Origin: a virus
Lineage: Duplodnaviria > Caudoviricetes
Length of the DNA stretch: 36,663 nucleotides
Strand: one strand, 5' to 3'
Virus record (IMG/VR): IMGVR_UViG_3300020045_001541
Coordinates: 1-36,663 of that record
In this document: positions 1 to 8,602 of the stretch, in pieces
Numbering within the stretch: the first letter of the stretch is position 1
Layout: each line of letters starts with the position of its first letter
The notes under the pieces: model-generated
Database searches by the model: none
Seen by the model: only the letters and a program-made list of their open reading frames with translations
What the model was told of the DNA's origin: nothing
Translations under genes and position numbers: made by a program

Positions 1-121
1 AATCGGGAAGGTATTAATTCAGGCCAGATTACACCTAATGAGGCCCGCATTAGTGAGGGCCGTCCGGCGCTTGCTGGTGGTGATAAATTATTAATTCAAG
101 GCGCAATGATTCCGATTGAGA
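1..121 (+). repeat. Exact 121-bp direct copy of 2948..3068 (3' end of portal gene)
   Basis: aatcgggaaggt...gattccgattgaga is identical at both positions and diverges afterwards. Confidence 0.95.
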
Positions 122-366
122 TAGATAAAGAAGGTGATACACTTAAAAATGATCGCGGTACTGTTGTGTTAAATCCAAAACACTCGCTGCTGGAAACTCT
201 TTCTCGCCGTAGCGTTGCGCTTAGCCGTATCATTCAGGTTCACGCACAGGCAACGCAGGGTGATAGCATTCACCAGAAGAAAAAGAACGGTGCAAAATCG
301 GCAGCATTAAGCGTAGTTGATAACACCATTGAAGAAGATGAAGATGATTTATTGGCTCGCCCATGA
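106..366 (+). CDS. terS: Terminase small subunit (P27-like), C-terminal part; the first 5 codons come from the duplicated portal segment
   Basis: EG-x-T...G...NP motif, acidic tail, overlaps terL start; MIPIE also occurs in the portal ORF. Confidence 0.75.
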   Translation: MIPIEIDKEGDTLKNDRGTVVLNPKHSLLETLSRRSVALSRIIQVHAQATQGDSIHQKKKNGAKSAALSVVDNTIEEDEDDLLARP

Positions 367-1886
367 TTAGAACGCGCGGTGATAAGGTTATCGCGTTCAA
401 TGAACGCTACTGTCGTGTTCCAGAAGGGATGCTTGTTGGTCAGCGCATTGTTATGGCTGACTTCCAGAGAGACTTCATTCATGCCGTTTACGATAACCCA
501 CATCCAGACGGCACTGCGATGGGCATTCTTTCTATGGCCCGCAAGAACTCAAAGACGGCAACCATTGCTTGCTTGTTGCTTGCTCACATTGCAGGCCCAG
601 AGGCCGTACTAAATAGCCGCATAATATCCGGCGCTCGCAGCAAAGAGCAGGCCGCTGAGATTTACAACTACGCATCCAAGATGGTTATGATGTCACCAGA
701 GCTTTCTGAATTGGTGCGCATTGTTCCATCAGGCAAGCGATTAATCGGGCTGGCAAAGAATGTCGAATACCAAGCCATATCAGCAGAAGGAAAAACAGCA
801 CATGGTAAGTCACCAATACTTGCAATACTTGATGAGGTTGGGCAGGTTCGCGGCCCTCAGGATGATTTTATTGATGCTATTACTACTGCTCAGGGTGCCT
901 ATGAGCATCCATTATTGCTTGCCATCTCCACTCAGGCTGCGACAGATGCCGATATTTTCTCTGTGTGGATCGACGATGCCAAGAAATCGAATGATCCATC
1001 AATCGTCTGCCATGTCTATGAAGCACCAAAAGAATGCGACATCATGGACAAAACAGCGTGGTATGCAGCGAATCCGGCACTAGGAAAGTTCCTAAACCTA
1101 ACAAAGTTTGCTCAAGAAGCTGAAAAAGCATCGCGTATGCCGTCTTATGAGAATACATTCAGAAACCTATGCTTAAATCAGCGCATATCTACTGTCAGCC
1201 CGTTCATGTCGAAGAGCGTCTGGGAGTCATGCGGCGGGTTGCCTGAATCACTAGAAGGCTGTAAAACTTATGGTGGCCTTGACCTTTCATCGCGTAATGA
1301 CTTGACAGCATTTGTGCTTGTCGGTGTGATTGATGGGGTTATTCAGATCCATCCATACTTCTGGTGTCCTGAAATTGGACTTGATGAGCGGTGCAAGCGC
1401 GATCGCGTAGAGTATGACGTATGGGTTAGAGAGGGTTATCTGCGAACAACTCCAGGTGCTACCGTTGATTATGCCTTTGTAGTGCAAGAAATCATGGAGA
1501 TCTGTGAAGGTACAGACTTGCAGGCTATCGCATTCGACCGGTGGCGCATCCAGATGTTAAAACGTGAAGCTGAAATATTGGGAATTGATCTGCCTATTAT
1601 AGAGCATGGGCAGGGTTTTAAAGATATGTCTCCAGCACTCGATACATTAGAAGCCGAGGCGCTAAACTCTCGCATACGACACGGCATGCACCCTGTATTG
1701 ACCATGTGCGCAGCTAATGCGGTGATAAGTAAAGACCCTGCCGGTAACAGAAAGTTGGATAAAAGCAAGGCAACTGGTAGAATAGACGGAATGCAAGCGT
1801 TAGCAATGGCACTAAGTGCGGCATCTTCTGACATCGAAGAGCCTTTGGATCTCGATTCTTTCCTAATGAGCCCACTAATATTATGA
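363..1886 (+). CDS. terL: Terminase large subunit
   Basis: Walker A-like ARKNSKT, Walker B ILDE, ISTQA coupling motif, GLDLS and RIDG nuclease motifs. Confidence 0.97.
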   Translation: MIRTRGDKVIAFNERYCRVPEGMLVGQRIVMADFQRDFIHAVYDNPHPDGTAMGILSMARKNSKTATIACLLLAHIAGPEAVLNSRIISGARSKEQAAEIYNYASKMVMMSPELSELVRIVPSGKRLIGLAKNVEYQAISAEGKTAHGKSPILAILDEVGQVRGPQDDFIDAITTAQGAYEHPLLLAISTQAATDADIFSVWIDDAKKSNDPSIVCHVYEAPKECDIMDKTAWYAANPALGKFLNLTKFAQEAEKASRMPSYENTFRNLCLNQRISTVSPFMSKSVWESCGGLPESLEGCKTYGGLDLSSRNDLTAFVLVGVIDGVIQIHPYFWCPEIGLDERCKRDRVEYDVWVREGYLRTTPGATVDYAFVVQEIMEICEGTDLQAIAFDRWRIQMLKREAEILGIDLPIIEHGQGFKDMSPALDTLEAEALNSRIRHGMHPVLTMCAANAVISKDPAGNRKLDKSKATGRIDGMQALAMALSAASSDIEEPLDLDSFLMSPLIL

Positions 1887-3118
1887 GTATTGAATCAACT
1901 TTTTACGCAATTCGTGGCTGGTTTGGGATGCCTGGGGCTCCGCAACGAGATGTCGGTGTACAATCTGGCCTTCCTGCTTACTCAACAACCTCCGCCGCTC
2001 CAGTTACTTTCGATTCAGCTATGCAGATCAGCGCTGTTTGGGCTGCTGTTCGTATCATTAGTGAGACGCTTGGATCATTGCCGTTCGGGATGTATGAACT
2101 AACTCCTGATGGTAGAAAGCTGGCAATTGATCACCCGCTTTATAAGGTATTGAGCAAAAAACCAAATCGATACATGACAAAGGTCGAATTTTGGGAGTCA
2201 ATGGCGCTAAATCTGGCTATTTCTGGCAACGCTTATGCGATTATCCAGCGTGCAGGTAATGAAATTGTAGGTTTATTGCCTATCTCGTCATCACAAGTTG
2301 AGACAAGATTACTGCCTGACGGATCAGTGGTTCATGAATATACCACCGGTGCAGACGTAAATGTCTATGCCTCATCATCAATGTGGCACGTTAAACTGTT
2401 CGGAAATGGCATTGTTGGCATGAGCCCGCTGTCATATGCGCGAAATTCTATCGGAATCGCAATCGCATCTGATAACCGAGTATCACAAATATATAGTAAC
2501 GGTGCAAAACCATCTGGCGTGTTGACAATTGATCGGACGTTAACCGATGCACAGAGAAAAATGGTGCGCGATAATTTTGCAGGCTTAGAGTCTGGAAATG
2601 AAGATCGTCTATTTGTTCTTGAGGCTGGTTTTCAATATCAGCAAGTATCAATGTCACCGCAAGACATCCAGCTTCTTGATTCTCGCAGGTTCCAGATTGA
2701 AGATATTGGTCGTTTTTTTGGCGTTCCATCAATCCTATTAAATCAGACATTCGGTCAATCAAGTTTAGGTTCTAACGTTTATGAAATTTTGAGCGCCTTC
2801 TACAAAATCAACCTAAGACCGTATCTTGAAAAGTTTGAATGCAGTGCTGAACGTTGGCTTATGACTGATGCAGAATCAGGAAAGTACGAAATGGAGTTTG
2901 ATTTTAACGCCCTGTTACGTGCTGATACGCTTGCCCGCATGCAGGCTAATCGGGAAGGTATTAATTCAGGCCAGATTACACCTAATGAGGCCCGCATTAG
3001 TGAGGGCCGTCCGGCGCTTGCTGGTGGTGATAAATTATTAATTCAAGGCGCAATGATTCCGATTGAGAAGGCAGGCGCTAACATGGGAGTAAGCACAAAT
3101 GCGCAATCTGGAATTTAA
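1883..3118 (+). CDS. HK97-family portal protein
   Basis: AVWAAVRIISETLGSLP, GNAYA, GMSPL, FGVP and TPNEAR motifs; position after terL. Confidence 0.97.
   Translation: MSIESTFYAIRGWFGMPGAPQRDVGVQSGLPAYSTTSAAPVTFDSAMQISAVWAAVRIISETLGSLPFGMYELTPDGRKLAIDHPLYKVLSKKPNRYMTKVEFWESMALNLAISGNAYAIIQRAGNEIVGLLPISSSQVETRLLPDGSVVHEYTTGADVNVYASSSMWHVKLFGNGIVGMSPLSYARNSIGIAIASDNRVSQIYSNGAKPSGVLTIDRTLTDAQRKMVRDNFAGLESGNEDRLFVLEAGFQYQQVSMSPQDIQLLDSRRFQIEDIGRFFGVPSILLNQTFGQSSLGSNVYEILSAFYKINLRPYLEKFECSAERWLMTDAESGKYEMEFDFNALLRADTLARMQANREGINSGQITPNEARISEGRPALAGGDKLLIQGAMIPIEKAGANMGVSTNAQSGI
2948..3068 (+). repeat. Second copy of the 121-bp segment at 1..121
   Basis: Direct sequence identity. Confidence 0.95.
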
Positions 3119-3785
3119 GCAAATATGCATCCATGATGCTGAAATTAAAGTTTCAGAAGATGGAAGCATTAAAGGTTTTACTGGTTATGCCTCTGTTTAT
3201 GGCGGAGAAGATAGCTATGGGGACACAATCCATCCTGGTGCTTATGACTCAATCGCTGGTAATGGAATTACAGTAAAAATGTATTTTAACCATGAGTGGA
3301 TTTTTAGAAATGCATTGCCAATTGGTCTTATTACGTTAAAGGCCGATGATCGAGGACTTAAAGTTGTTAGCGCTGAATTTACTCCAGGCATTAAAATGGC
3401 AGAAGAAGTGCAAAGCGCAGTTAGGCATAAAACGATCACCGGTCTTTCTATTGGTTACCATCTTTCTCAGGCATCATACAAAATGAAAGAAAATGGTGGC
3501 AGAGATATTTACAAAGTTGATGAATTAAAGGAAGTGTCAGTTGTTGACTTTCCGGCAGATAGTAATGCGCTGATAACTGGTGTAAAATCTGCAATTGAAG
3601 AAATTGAAAACTTAAAAGATGCTGAATCTCTGCTGCGTGATGTTGCAGGATTTAGCAAGTCGAATGCTGTCGCGCTGGTGTCACGTATTCGGACATTGAC
3701 GAAGGGTGATCCTTCTCAAGAAGTGAAAGAAGTTAAACCGGCAGAAATTAAAAACTTATTTGATAATTTTAAAATCACTATTTGA
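3099..3785 (+). CDS. HK97-family prohead protease
   Basis: FTGYASVY, D-SYGD, NH, GLSIGY and EVSVVDFPA motifs. Confidence 0.96.
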   Translation: MRNLEFKQICIHDAEIKVSEDGSIKGFTGYASVYGGEDSYGDTIHPGAYDSIAGNGITVKMYFNHEWIFRNALPIGLITLKADDRGLKVVSAEFTPGIKMAEEVQSAVRHKTITGLSIGYHLSQASYKMKENGGRDIYKVDELKEVSVVDFPADSNALITGVKSAIEEIENLKDAESLLRDVAGFSKSNAVALVSRIRTLTKGDPSQEVKEVKPAEIKNLFDNFKITI

Positions 3786-3795
3786 GGTTAGGATC

Positions 3796-4929
3796 ATGTC
3801 AGAAGAAATCAAAGTAATGCTTGAGACTGGTTTGAAAACCGTCGAAGCACAGGTAAAAACAGCACTGGATAACTACAATGCTGAACTGGTAAAGCATGGC
3901 AAAGTTAGCACCGATTTAACTGCTAATGTTGACGATTTATCTGAAAAACTGGCAGAAATGAAGTCGCAATTGGTGGATATTGCCCAGAAACAAGTCCAGT
4001 TGCCAGCTGAGCAGAAGATTATCACGGTTGGTGCTGACTTCATCAAATCAGATGCATTCACTCAGTTGGTTGGTAATCAACGTGAGCGTGTTCGCTATGA
4101 AGTAAAAAACACTGTTTTATCTGACACAACCACTACTTTCCCAACTCAACGCCCTGGTGTTATTCCTGGTAACTTCCTACCAGTGACAATTCGCAGCCGC
4201 ATTCCAACAGTTACCGTTACTGGTAATGCTGTAAATGCTTTGCGCGAAGCGTCAAACACTAACAACGCAGTTGAAGTTGCGCAAGGTGCAAGCAAGCCAG
4301 AATCGGCGGTTACATTTGAACAGTACAATGTACCAATCCAGACTGTAGCGCATTGGATCAAAGTATCAAATCAACTGTTGGCTGATGCTCCTGCGATTGC
4401 GTCATACATCGATACCCGCCTGCGTGATGGATTAGCGCAACGGATCGAACGTCAATTGCTGTTAGGTGATGGCACAACTCCGAACCTATCAGGTCTGACT
4501 GATTCTGGCAACTTCACTGCATTCACCCCGGTAACTGGTGCAAATCTGGCTGATTCTATCAATAAAGCCAAATACGCACTGTGGGCAACCGGTAATGTCG
4601 CCGATACTGTCATTGTTAACCCTGCTGATTGGGCTGCAATGGAGATCGCAAAAGAAACCGGCGGCGCTTACCTGTACGGAACTCCTGGTACTGCAGCTGG
4701 CATGACCCCATTCGGCGTTCAGGTTGTACTGTCTAACCACATGGCAACCGGTTATTTCCTGATTGGTAACCTAATGGGCGCTACCAACATCTTCCAGCGT
4801 CAGGGTACAACCGTTGAAATGGGTTACATCAACGAAGACTTTACTAATAACTTGGTTACCATTCGCGCCGAAGAGCGTTTGGGATTGGCAGTTGACCGCC
4901 CAGCTGCCATTCTGTACGGCACATTCTAA
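3796..4929 (+). CDS. HK97-fold major capsid protein with N-terminal delta (scaffold) domain
   Basis: Coiled-coil N-terminus, AHWIKVSNQLLAD, LLGDG, DFTNNLVTIRAEERL; ATG 3796 follows GAGG. Confidence 0.97.
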   Translation: MSEEIKVMLETGLKTVEAQVKTALDNYNAELVKHGKVSTDLTANVDDLSEKLAEMKSQLVDIAQKQVQLPAEQKIITVGADFIKSDAFTQLVGNQRERVRYEVKNTVLSDTTTTFPTQRPGVIPGNFLPVTIRSRIPTVTVTGNAVNALREASNTNNAVEVAQGASKPESAVTFEQYNVPIQTVAHWIKVSNQLLADAPAIASYIDTRLRDGLAQRIERQLLLGDGTTPNLSGLTDSGNFTAFTPVTGANLADSINKAKYALWATGNVADTVIVNPADWAAMEIAKETGGAYLYGTPGTAAGMTPFGVQVVLSNHMATGYFLIGNLMGATNIFQRQGTTVEMGYINEDFTNNLVTIRAEERLGLAVDRPAAILYGTF

Positions 4930-4948
4930 CCACTTAACAGTGTATAAT

Positions 4949-4971
4949 AGGGGCTTGCGCCCCTTTTTTTT
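4949..4971 (+). terminator. Rho-independent terminator after the capsid gene
   Basis: aggggc-ttgc-gcccct followed by a T run. Confidence 0.9.
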
Positions 4972-4982
4972 ATGGTGAATTT

Positions 4983-5207
4983 ATGCTTTATCGAATGAAA
5001 AAGACCTGCTTACATGGCATTCATGGCAAGCTATTAAAAGATCATGAATATGAATTAACTGATTTAGAAGTAGGTGGAATTCTTAGATTTGTCGAACCCG
5101 TCGAGGTGCGGGGGATCCCTTTTCCGTTAGAGATTCAAAAAGATTCGTCATTATTGCCAGTGGCCCCAGTCTTACAAAGCAAGACACAGAAACGGCGCGC
5201 AAAATAG
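4983..5207 (+). CDS. Small post-capsid protein with a basic C-terminus; zero-frame product of a putative frameshift gene
   Basis: GGTGA RBS, position after the capsid gene, contains in-phase C_CCT_TTT. Confidence 0.75.
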   Translation: MLYRMKKTCLHGIHGKLLKDHEYELTDLEVGGILRFVEPVEVRGIPFPLEIQKDSSLLPVAPVLQSKTQKRRAK

Positions 5208-5719
5208 GCAAGATCATCACAATAAACAGCTCAATATTTCTAGATGGTTATTCAGATATTCATTACGCCTGTGATCATCGTTGGTGGGCCGAGTATCACC
5301 GGCAGATAAAAGATCATAAATGCCTAAAAATAACTCCAAGCGCGAAGGCTGCCGAAGAATTTAAACTTGAATCAATCAAGGCGGAGTACGGTCGCGGGCT
5401 AAATAAGAAGGCATGGACGGTTAATTGCGGGATGAATAGTGGTTATCAGGCCATAAATCTAGCTTATCACCTTGGCGCGAAAGAGATTTACCTGCTAGGT
5501 TTTGATATGCAGCGCACTGGAGGACAATCTCACTTCCATGGCGATCACCCTAATGGGTGGGCAAATGGCGGAGATTATGCTGATTGGTGTAAAAGATTGG
5601 CTGAATTATCATCAGATCTTAGAGTTGAAGACGTCAAAGTGGTAAACTGTAGCCGTGAAACCGCGCTTGAATGCTTTGAGCGATCAACAATTGATGAGGT
5701 GTTTAGATGTCTGATTTAA
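5087..5719 (+). CDS. Maf/DUF115/MptE-like (sialyltransferase-related fold) transferase domain; no canonical start before its N-terminal motif; predicted 245-aa fusion with 4983..5123
   Basis: Stop-free frame from 5087 encodes VIIASGPSL...ITINSS...YACDHRWW...NSGYQAINLAYHLGAKEIYLLGFDM...HFHG; first ATG/GTG/TTG is at 5432. Confidence 0.75.
   Translation: MCRTRRGAGDPFSVRDSKRFVIIASGPSLTKQDTETARKIGKIITINSSIFLDGYSDIHYACDHRWWAEYHRQIKDHKCLKITPSAKAAEEFKLESIKAEYGRGLNKKAWTVNCGMNSGYQAINLAYHLGAKEIYLLGFDMQRTGGQSHFHGDHPNGWANGGDYADWCKRLAELSSDLRVEDVKVVNCSRETALECFERSTIDEVFRCLI
5117..5123 (+). other. Putative -1 ribosomal frameshift site C_CCT_TTT
   Basis: X_XXY_YYZ heptamer in phase with ORF 4983; the -1 frame is open to 5719; GAGG lies 10 nt upstream. 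Confidence 0.7.
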
Positions 5720-6393
5720 CATATCCAGTACTAGATAATGCGACATTTAAACGGCTTATTGATATGGGTGATGGAACTCATGCCGAAGTAATGGTGATGA
5801 TTAGTGATGATGGCAGGCCGGTATTGGTAGCCTTACCTCCAGCATTGCTAACTGACAACGGCGGGCCACATCAGCGCCTGCGGGTTGACACCGGTCAAAC
5901 TGGTTTTTTTGACGGTCGCCAATTTCGTATCAGCTTTGAGCTGACAATTACTGCAACACCAATCTGGGTTAAATTAGTTAGTCCGATAGATTTCATTCTA
6001 CAGTCGCAGACGTTTACCTGTGATCATGGCGGCTATAAGTTCACAGCATACCGGGCATCGCAAGGCACACCATCCGGCACATTTAATCAGCCAATCGACG
6101 TGTGGCAAAATAATTTTATGTCTGAGGCTCCGACATTCACCAATCCAATCACTTTCAACTATGGCGGATCATTCACCCCAACTGTTGGACAAAAACCAAC
6201 CGAGACAGAGCGAATGCTTGCAAATCTTGGTGGTGCTGCCCCATCATCTGGAAGCCCAAATACCGTTGGCGGTGATTCGGCTGGTGAACGCGGGTTGCCT
6301 GCTGGCACTTATTACCTTGGCTTTGCGCGCCTGCCAGATTCCACCGTAGATGCGCAAGGCGTTTGGTCACTAATATTTGAGTGCAGAGAATGA
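5707..6393 (+). CDS. Hypothetical beta-rich protein, possible virion or decoration protein
   Basis: 228-aa ORF with GAGG RBS, G/S/T/P-rich, overlaps both neighbours. Confidence 0.6.
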   Translation: MSDLTYPVLDNATFKRLIDMGDGTHAEVMVMISDDGRPVLVALPPALLTDNGGPHQRLRVDTGQTGFFDGRQFRISFELTITATPIWVKLVSPIDFILQSQTFTCDHGGYKFTAYRASQGTPSGTFNQPIDVWQNNFMSEAPTFTNPITFNYGGSFTPTVGQKPTETERMLANLGGAAPSSGSPNTVGGDSAGERGLPAGTYYLGFARLPDSTVDAQGVWSLIFECRE

Positions 6394-7214
6394 TTATTCA
6401 ATCAATGAAAGGTCTTGGCGACAACATTCTGCAGCGCGCATTTGTTAAATCCACAAGCCAGCCGGTTTACCTTGATACTCCATGGCCTGAATTATATTCA
6501 GATCTTCAAAATGTTCATTTTACGAAGCCATCAACAATGCTTAGGACACAGCACAAGAACATCTGCCGACAGCATATACAATGGGAAAGCATTCCAGTTG
6601 GTCATGCAATGAAACGAATATCATACGGAAATCAAGGTATGTTTCACGGTATGCGCCAAGCATTCGGCTTTGATCCTGTAAAAATGGATCTGCCTGATTT
6701 CGGTGTATCACTATACGACAGTCCTTATGTAGTTGTTCGCCCGGTAACCGTCCGCAGTGAGTGGCGCGCAGATTCACGCAATCCAAAAATAGGATATGTG
6801 ACGAAAGTCGCAGAATTGGCGAAACAGTTAGGCTATCTTGTTATCAGTGTTGCTGATTTAGAAGATGGAAAGGAATGGGCTTTAGAGATCCCGCCGTCAG
6901 ACATTCAGTTTCACCGTGGAGAATTAACGGTATCGCAACTGCTAAATCTCACGCAAAATGCAAGTGCGCTGATTGGCGGTATAGGTTGGATTGTTCCGGC
7001 TTCTATGGCGCAGAATGTACCAGCATTTATCGTGTGCGGCGGGCAAGGGCAATACAATCACCCAAGTAAGATTACTGACTCACTACAACAGCACAGAATC
7101 ACGTTTGCAATGCCAGATAAATTTTGCATGTGCGCAACAGCACAGCATGACTGTAATAAGGAAATCAGCAATTTTGATGAGCTGGTTAATAAATTTTTTG
7201 AGGAGATAAAATGA
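6390..7214 (+). CDS. GT-B glycosyltransferase, GT9/heptosyltransferase-like
   Basis: N-terminal GLGDNI, YVVVRP...RNP, ASALIGGIGW...A-NVPAFIV, C-terminal Cys cluster; ATGA overlap. Confidence 0.72.
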   Translation: MIIQSMKGLGDNILQRAFVKSTSQPVYLDTPWPELYSDLQNVHFTKPSTMLRTQHKNICRQHIQWESIPVGHAMKRISYGNQGMFHGMRQAFGFDPVKMDLPDFGVSLYDSPYVVVRPVTVRSEWRADSRNPKIGYVTKVAELAKQLGYLVISVADLEDGKEWALEIPPSDIQFHRGELTVSQLLNLTQNASALIGGIGWIVPASMAQNVPAFIVCGGQGQYNHPSKITDSLQQHRITFAMPDKFCMCATAQHDCNKEISNFDELVNKFFEEIK

Positions 7215-7429
7215 AGCTACATCACATAAAAGAAATGATGATTCATAGCATAAAAAAAGGAGATGTAATGGTTGTTAAATTGCCATCATCACCATCTCAA
7301 TGTGATATGCGAAGAATGCGCGATCAGATAATGAGCATCACAAAAGATTGTGGATTGGTTGATGTGATCTTTGTTGATAAAAATACTGATATTGAATTTA
7401 TTCGGAGCGAAGAAAATGATCATTCCTGA
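7211..7429 (+). CDS. Small hypothetical protein
   Basis: Strong GAGGAG RBS, overlaps neighbours. Confidence 0.65.
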   Translation: MKLHHIKEMMIHSIKKGDVMVVKLPSSPSQCDMRRMRDQIMSITKDCGLVDVIFVDKNTDIEFIRSEENDHS

Positions 7430-8024
7430 TTCATTCAAAGATACACTGGTATGGTCTGATAAGCTTGGCTATGGATTCCATACCAGGCCACCGATGGAAT
7501 ACGAAACAAGCTATTTTAACTCATACCAGCTGAGAGACCGCAGCGTTGTCGGTAAGTTGCTAACAGAGGCCCGCATCAAGCTAGTGCGCGATCACTATGA
7601 TGGCGTAGTGTGTGATATCGGTATCGGTGGCGGGCGCTTTGTCGAAGAGATTGACGGTGTAGGCTATGACGTCTGCAATGTTGCCGTTGATTGGCTTAAG
7701 CATAACGGCAGATATTGGAATCCGTATGATCATGATTGCGAAGCGATCACCTGTTGGGATAGCTTAGAGCATATTCCAGAACCTGAAAAGCTGCTCGCTA
7801 AAGTATCGAAGTTTGTTTTCGTATCGATGCCGATTTATACAAGTTCAATGGACTGCTTAAAGTCGAAACACTACAAGCCAGGCGAGCATCTTCACTACTT
7901 CACAGCCTGCGGCCTGAAACTATTCATGCGCAATAATGGCTTTGATCAGATTGCGTCAAGTGGAATTGAAAGCGAACTTGGTCGTGATAGCGTTTTATCT
8001 TTCGTGTTTAAGCGTAAAGTGTGA
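7416..8024 (+). CDS. Class I SAM-dependent methyltransferase (small-molecule/glycan type)
   Basis: DIGIGGG motif I, GYD motif, ITCWDSLEHIPEP and EHLHYFT; no DPPY/NPPY or PC motif. Confidence 0.88.
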   Translation: MIIPDSFKDTLVWSDKLGYGFHTRPPMEYETSYFNSYQLRDRSVVGKLLTEARIKLVRDHYDGVVCDIGIGGGRFVEEIDGVGYDVCNVAVDWLKHNGRYWNPYDHDCEAITCWDSLEHIPEPEKLLAKVSKFVFVSMPIYTSSMDCLKSKHYKPGEHLHYFTACGLKLFMRNNGFDQIASSGIESELGRDSVLSFVFKRKV

Positions 8025-8061
8025 CATACATCAAATAAAAATAAAAATAACGCGCTATAGT
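8020..8061 (+). promoter_or_regulatory. CRP/FNR-type box with -10 (class II-like promoter)
   Basis: TGTGA-cataca-TCAAA, 20 nt, TATAGT. Confidence 0.75.
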
Positions 8062-8088
8062 TAATTCAACAAACACAGGAGATTAAAT

Positions 8089-8286
8089 ATGAGTAAAACA
8101 ATAAAATTTTGGTGCGATTCTGGCGCAAATATACACTCATGCAAAAGAGGAGAGATAACTACTGATGAGCTTGGGTTTTCTGATTGCGAGTGGGATGAAA
8201 TTCCAGAAGAAGAAAAAGAAGAAATAATGAAAGAATATGCTCTTGATGGCCTTGATTGGGGATGGGTGGAGGAAAATAAAAAATGA
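8089..8286 (+). CDS. Small acidic hypothetical protein (moron)
   Basis: AGGAG RBS, D/E/W-rich 65 aa. Confidence 0.8.
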   Translation: MSKTIKFWCDSGANIHSCKRGEITTDELGFSDCEWDEIPEEEKEEIMKEYALDGLDWGWVEENKK

Positions 8287-8396
8287 AATACTCAGATCTG
8301 ACAATCGAAGAAGCTATTGTTTTATACATGCAAAATAATGCGCAAGTGCAATGTGACGGCGATATGCAAGTGGCCTATTTTGAGTTTGAATTCTAA
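8283..8396 (+). CDS. 37-aa hypothetical peptide (not in the ORF track)
   Basis: MKYSDLTIEEAIVLY...; GGAGG RBS; coupled to both neighbours. Confidence 0.6.
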   Translation: MKYSDLTIEEAIVLYMQNNAQVQCDGDMQVAYFEFEF

Positions 8397-8602
8397 TGAG
8401 CGGATTCTATCACCGGCCACCGTCACCGGTAATGACGGTAAAACTCTGCAATCAGATGATCCACTGTAACGATTATTACATAAATATTTATCGTGAGCGG
8501 TTGGAACATGGGTATGACAGAGAGATAAATAAAGCAAGACTTGCTGAGTACGAAAAAGAAAATAAGAGATTGAATGAATGGCTACAGGAGAATGATAAAT
8601 GA
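8396..8602 (+). CDS. Hypothetical protein (moron)
   Basis: TAATG coupling, fills the operon. Confidence 0.6.
   Translation: MSGFYHRPPSPVMTVKLCNQMIHCNDYYINIYRERLEHGYDREINKARLAEYEKENKRLNEWLQENDK

Noticed and set aside
535-558. Non-canonical terL Walker A (RKNSKT)
   Set aside because: Small-residue substitutions here are common in this terminase family and the other motifs are intact
5135-5142. Alternative slippery run TCAAAAAG
   Set aside because: In frame it reads T_CAA_AAA, which is not X_XXY_YYZ; weaker than C_CCT_TTT
8070-8082. Recurrent ACAGGAG in several leaders, resembling CsrA sites
   Set aside because: Explained by strong Shine-Dalgarno sequences; no paired GGA hairpins seen
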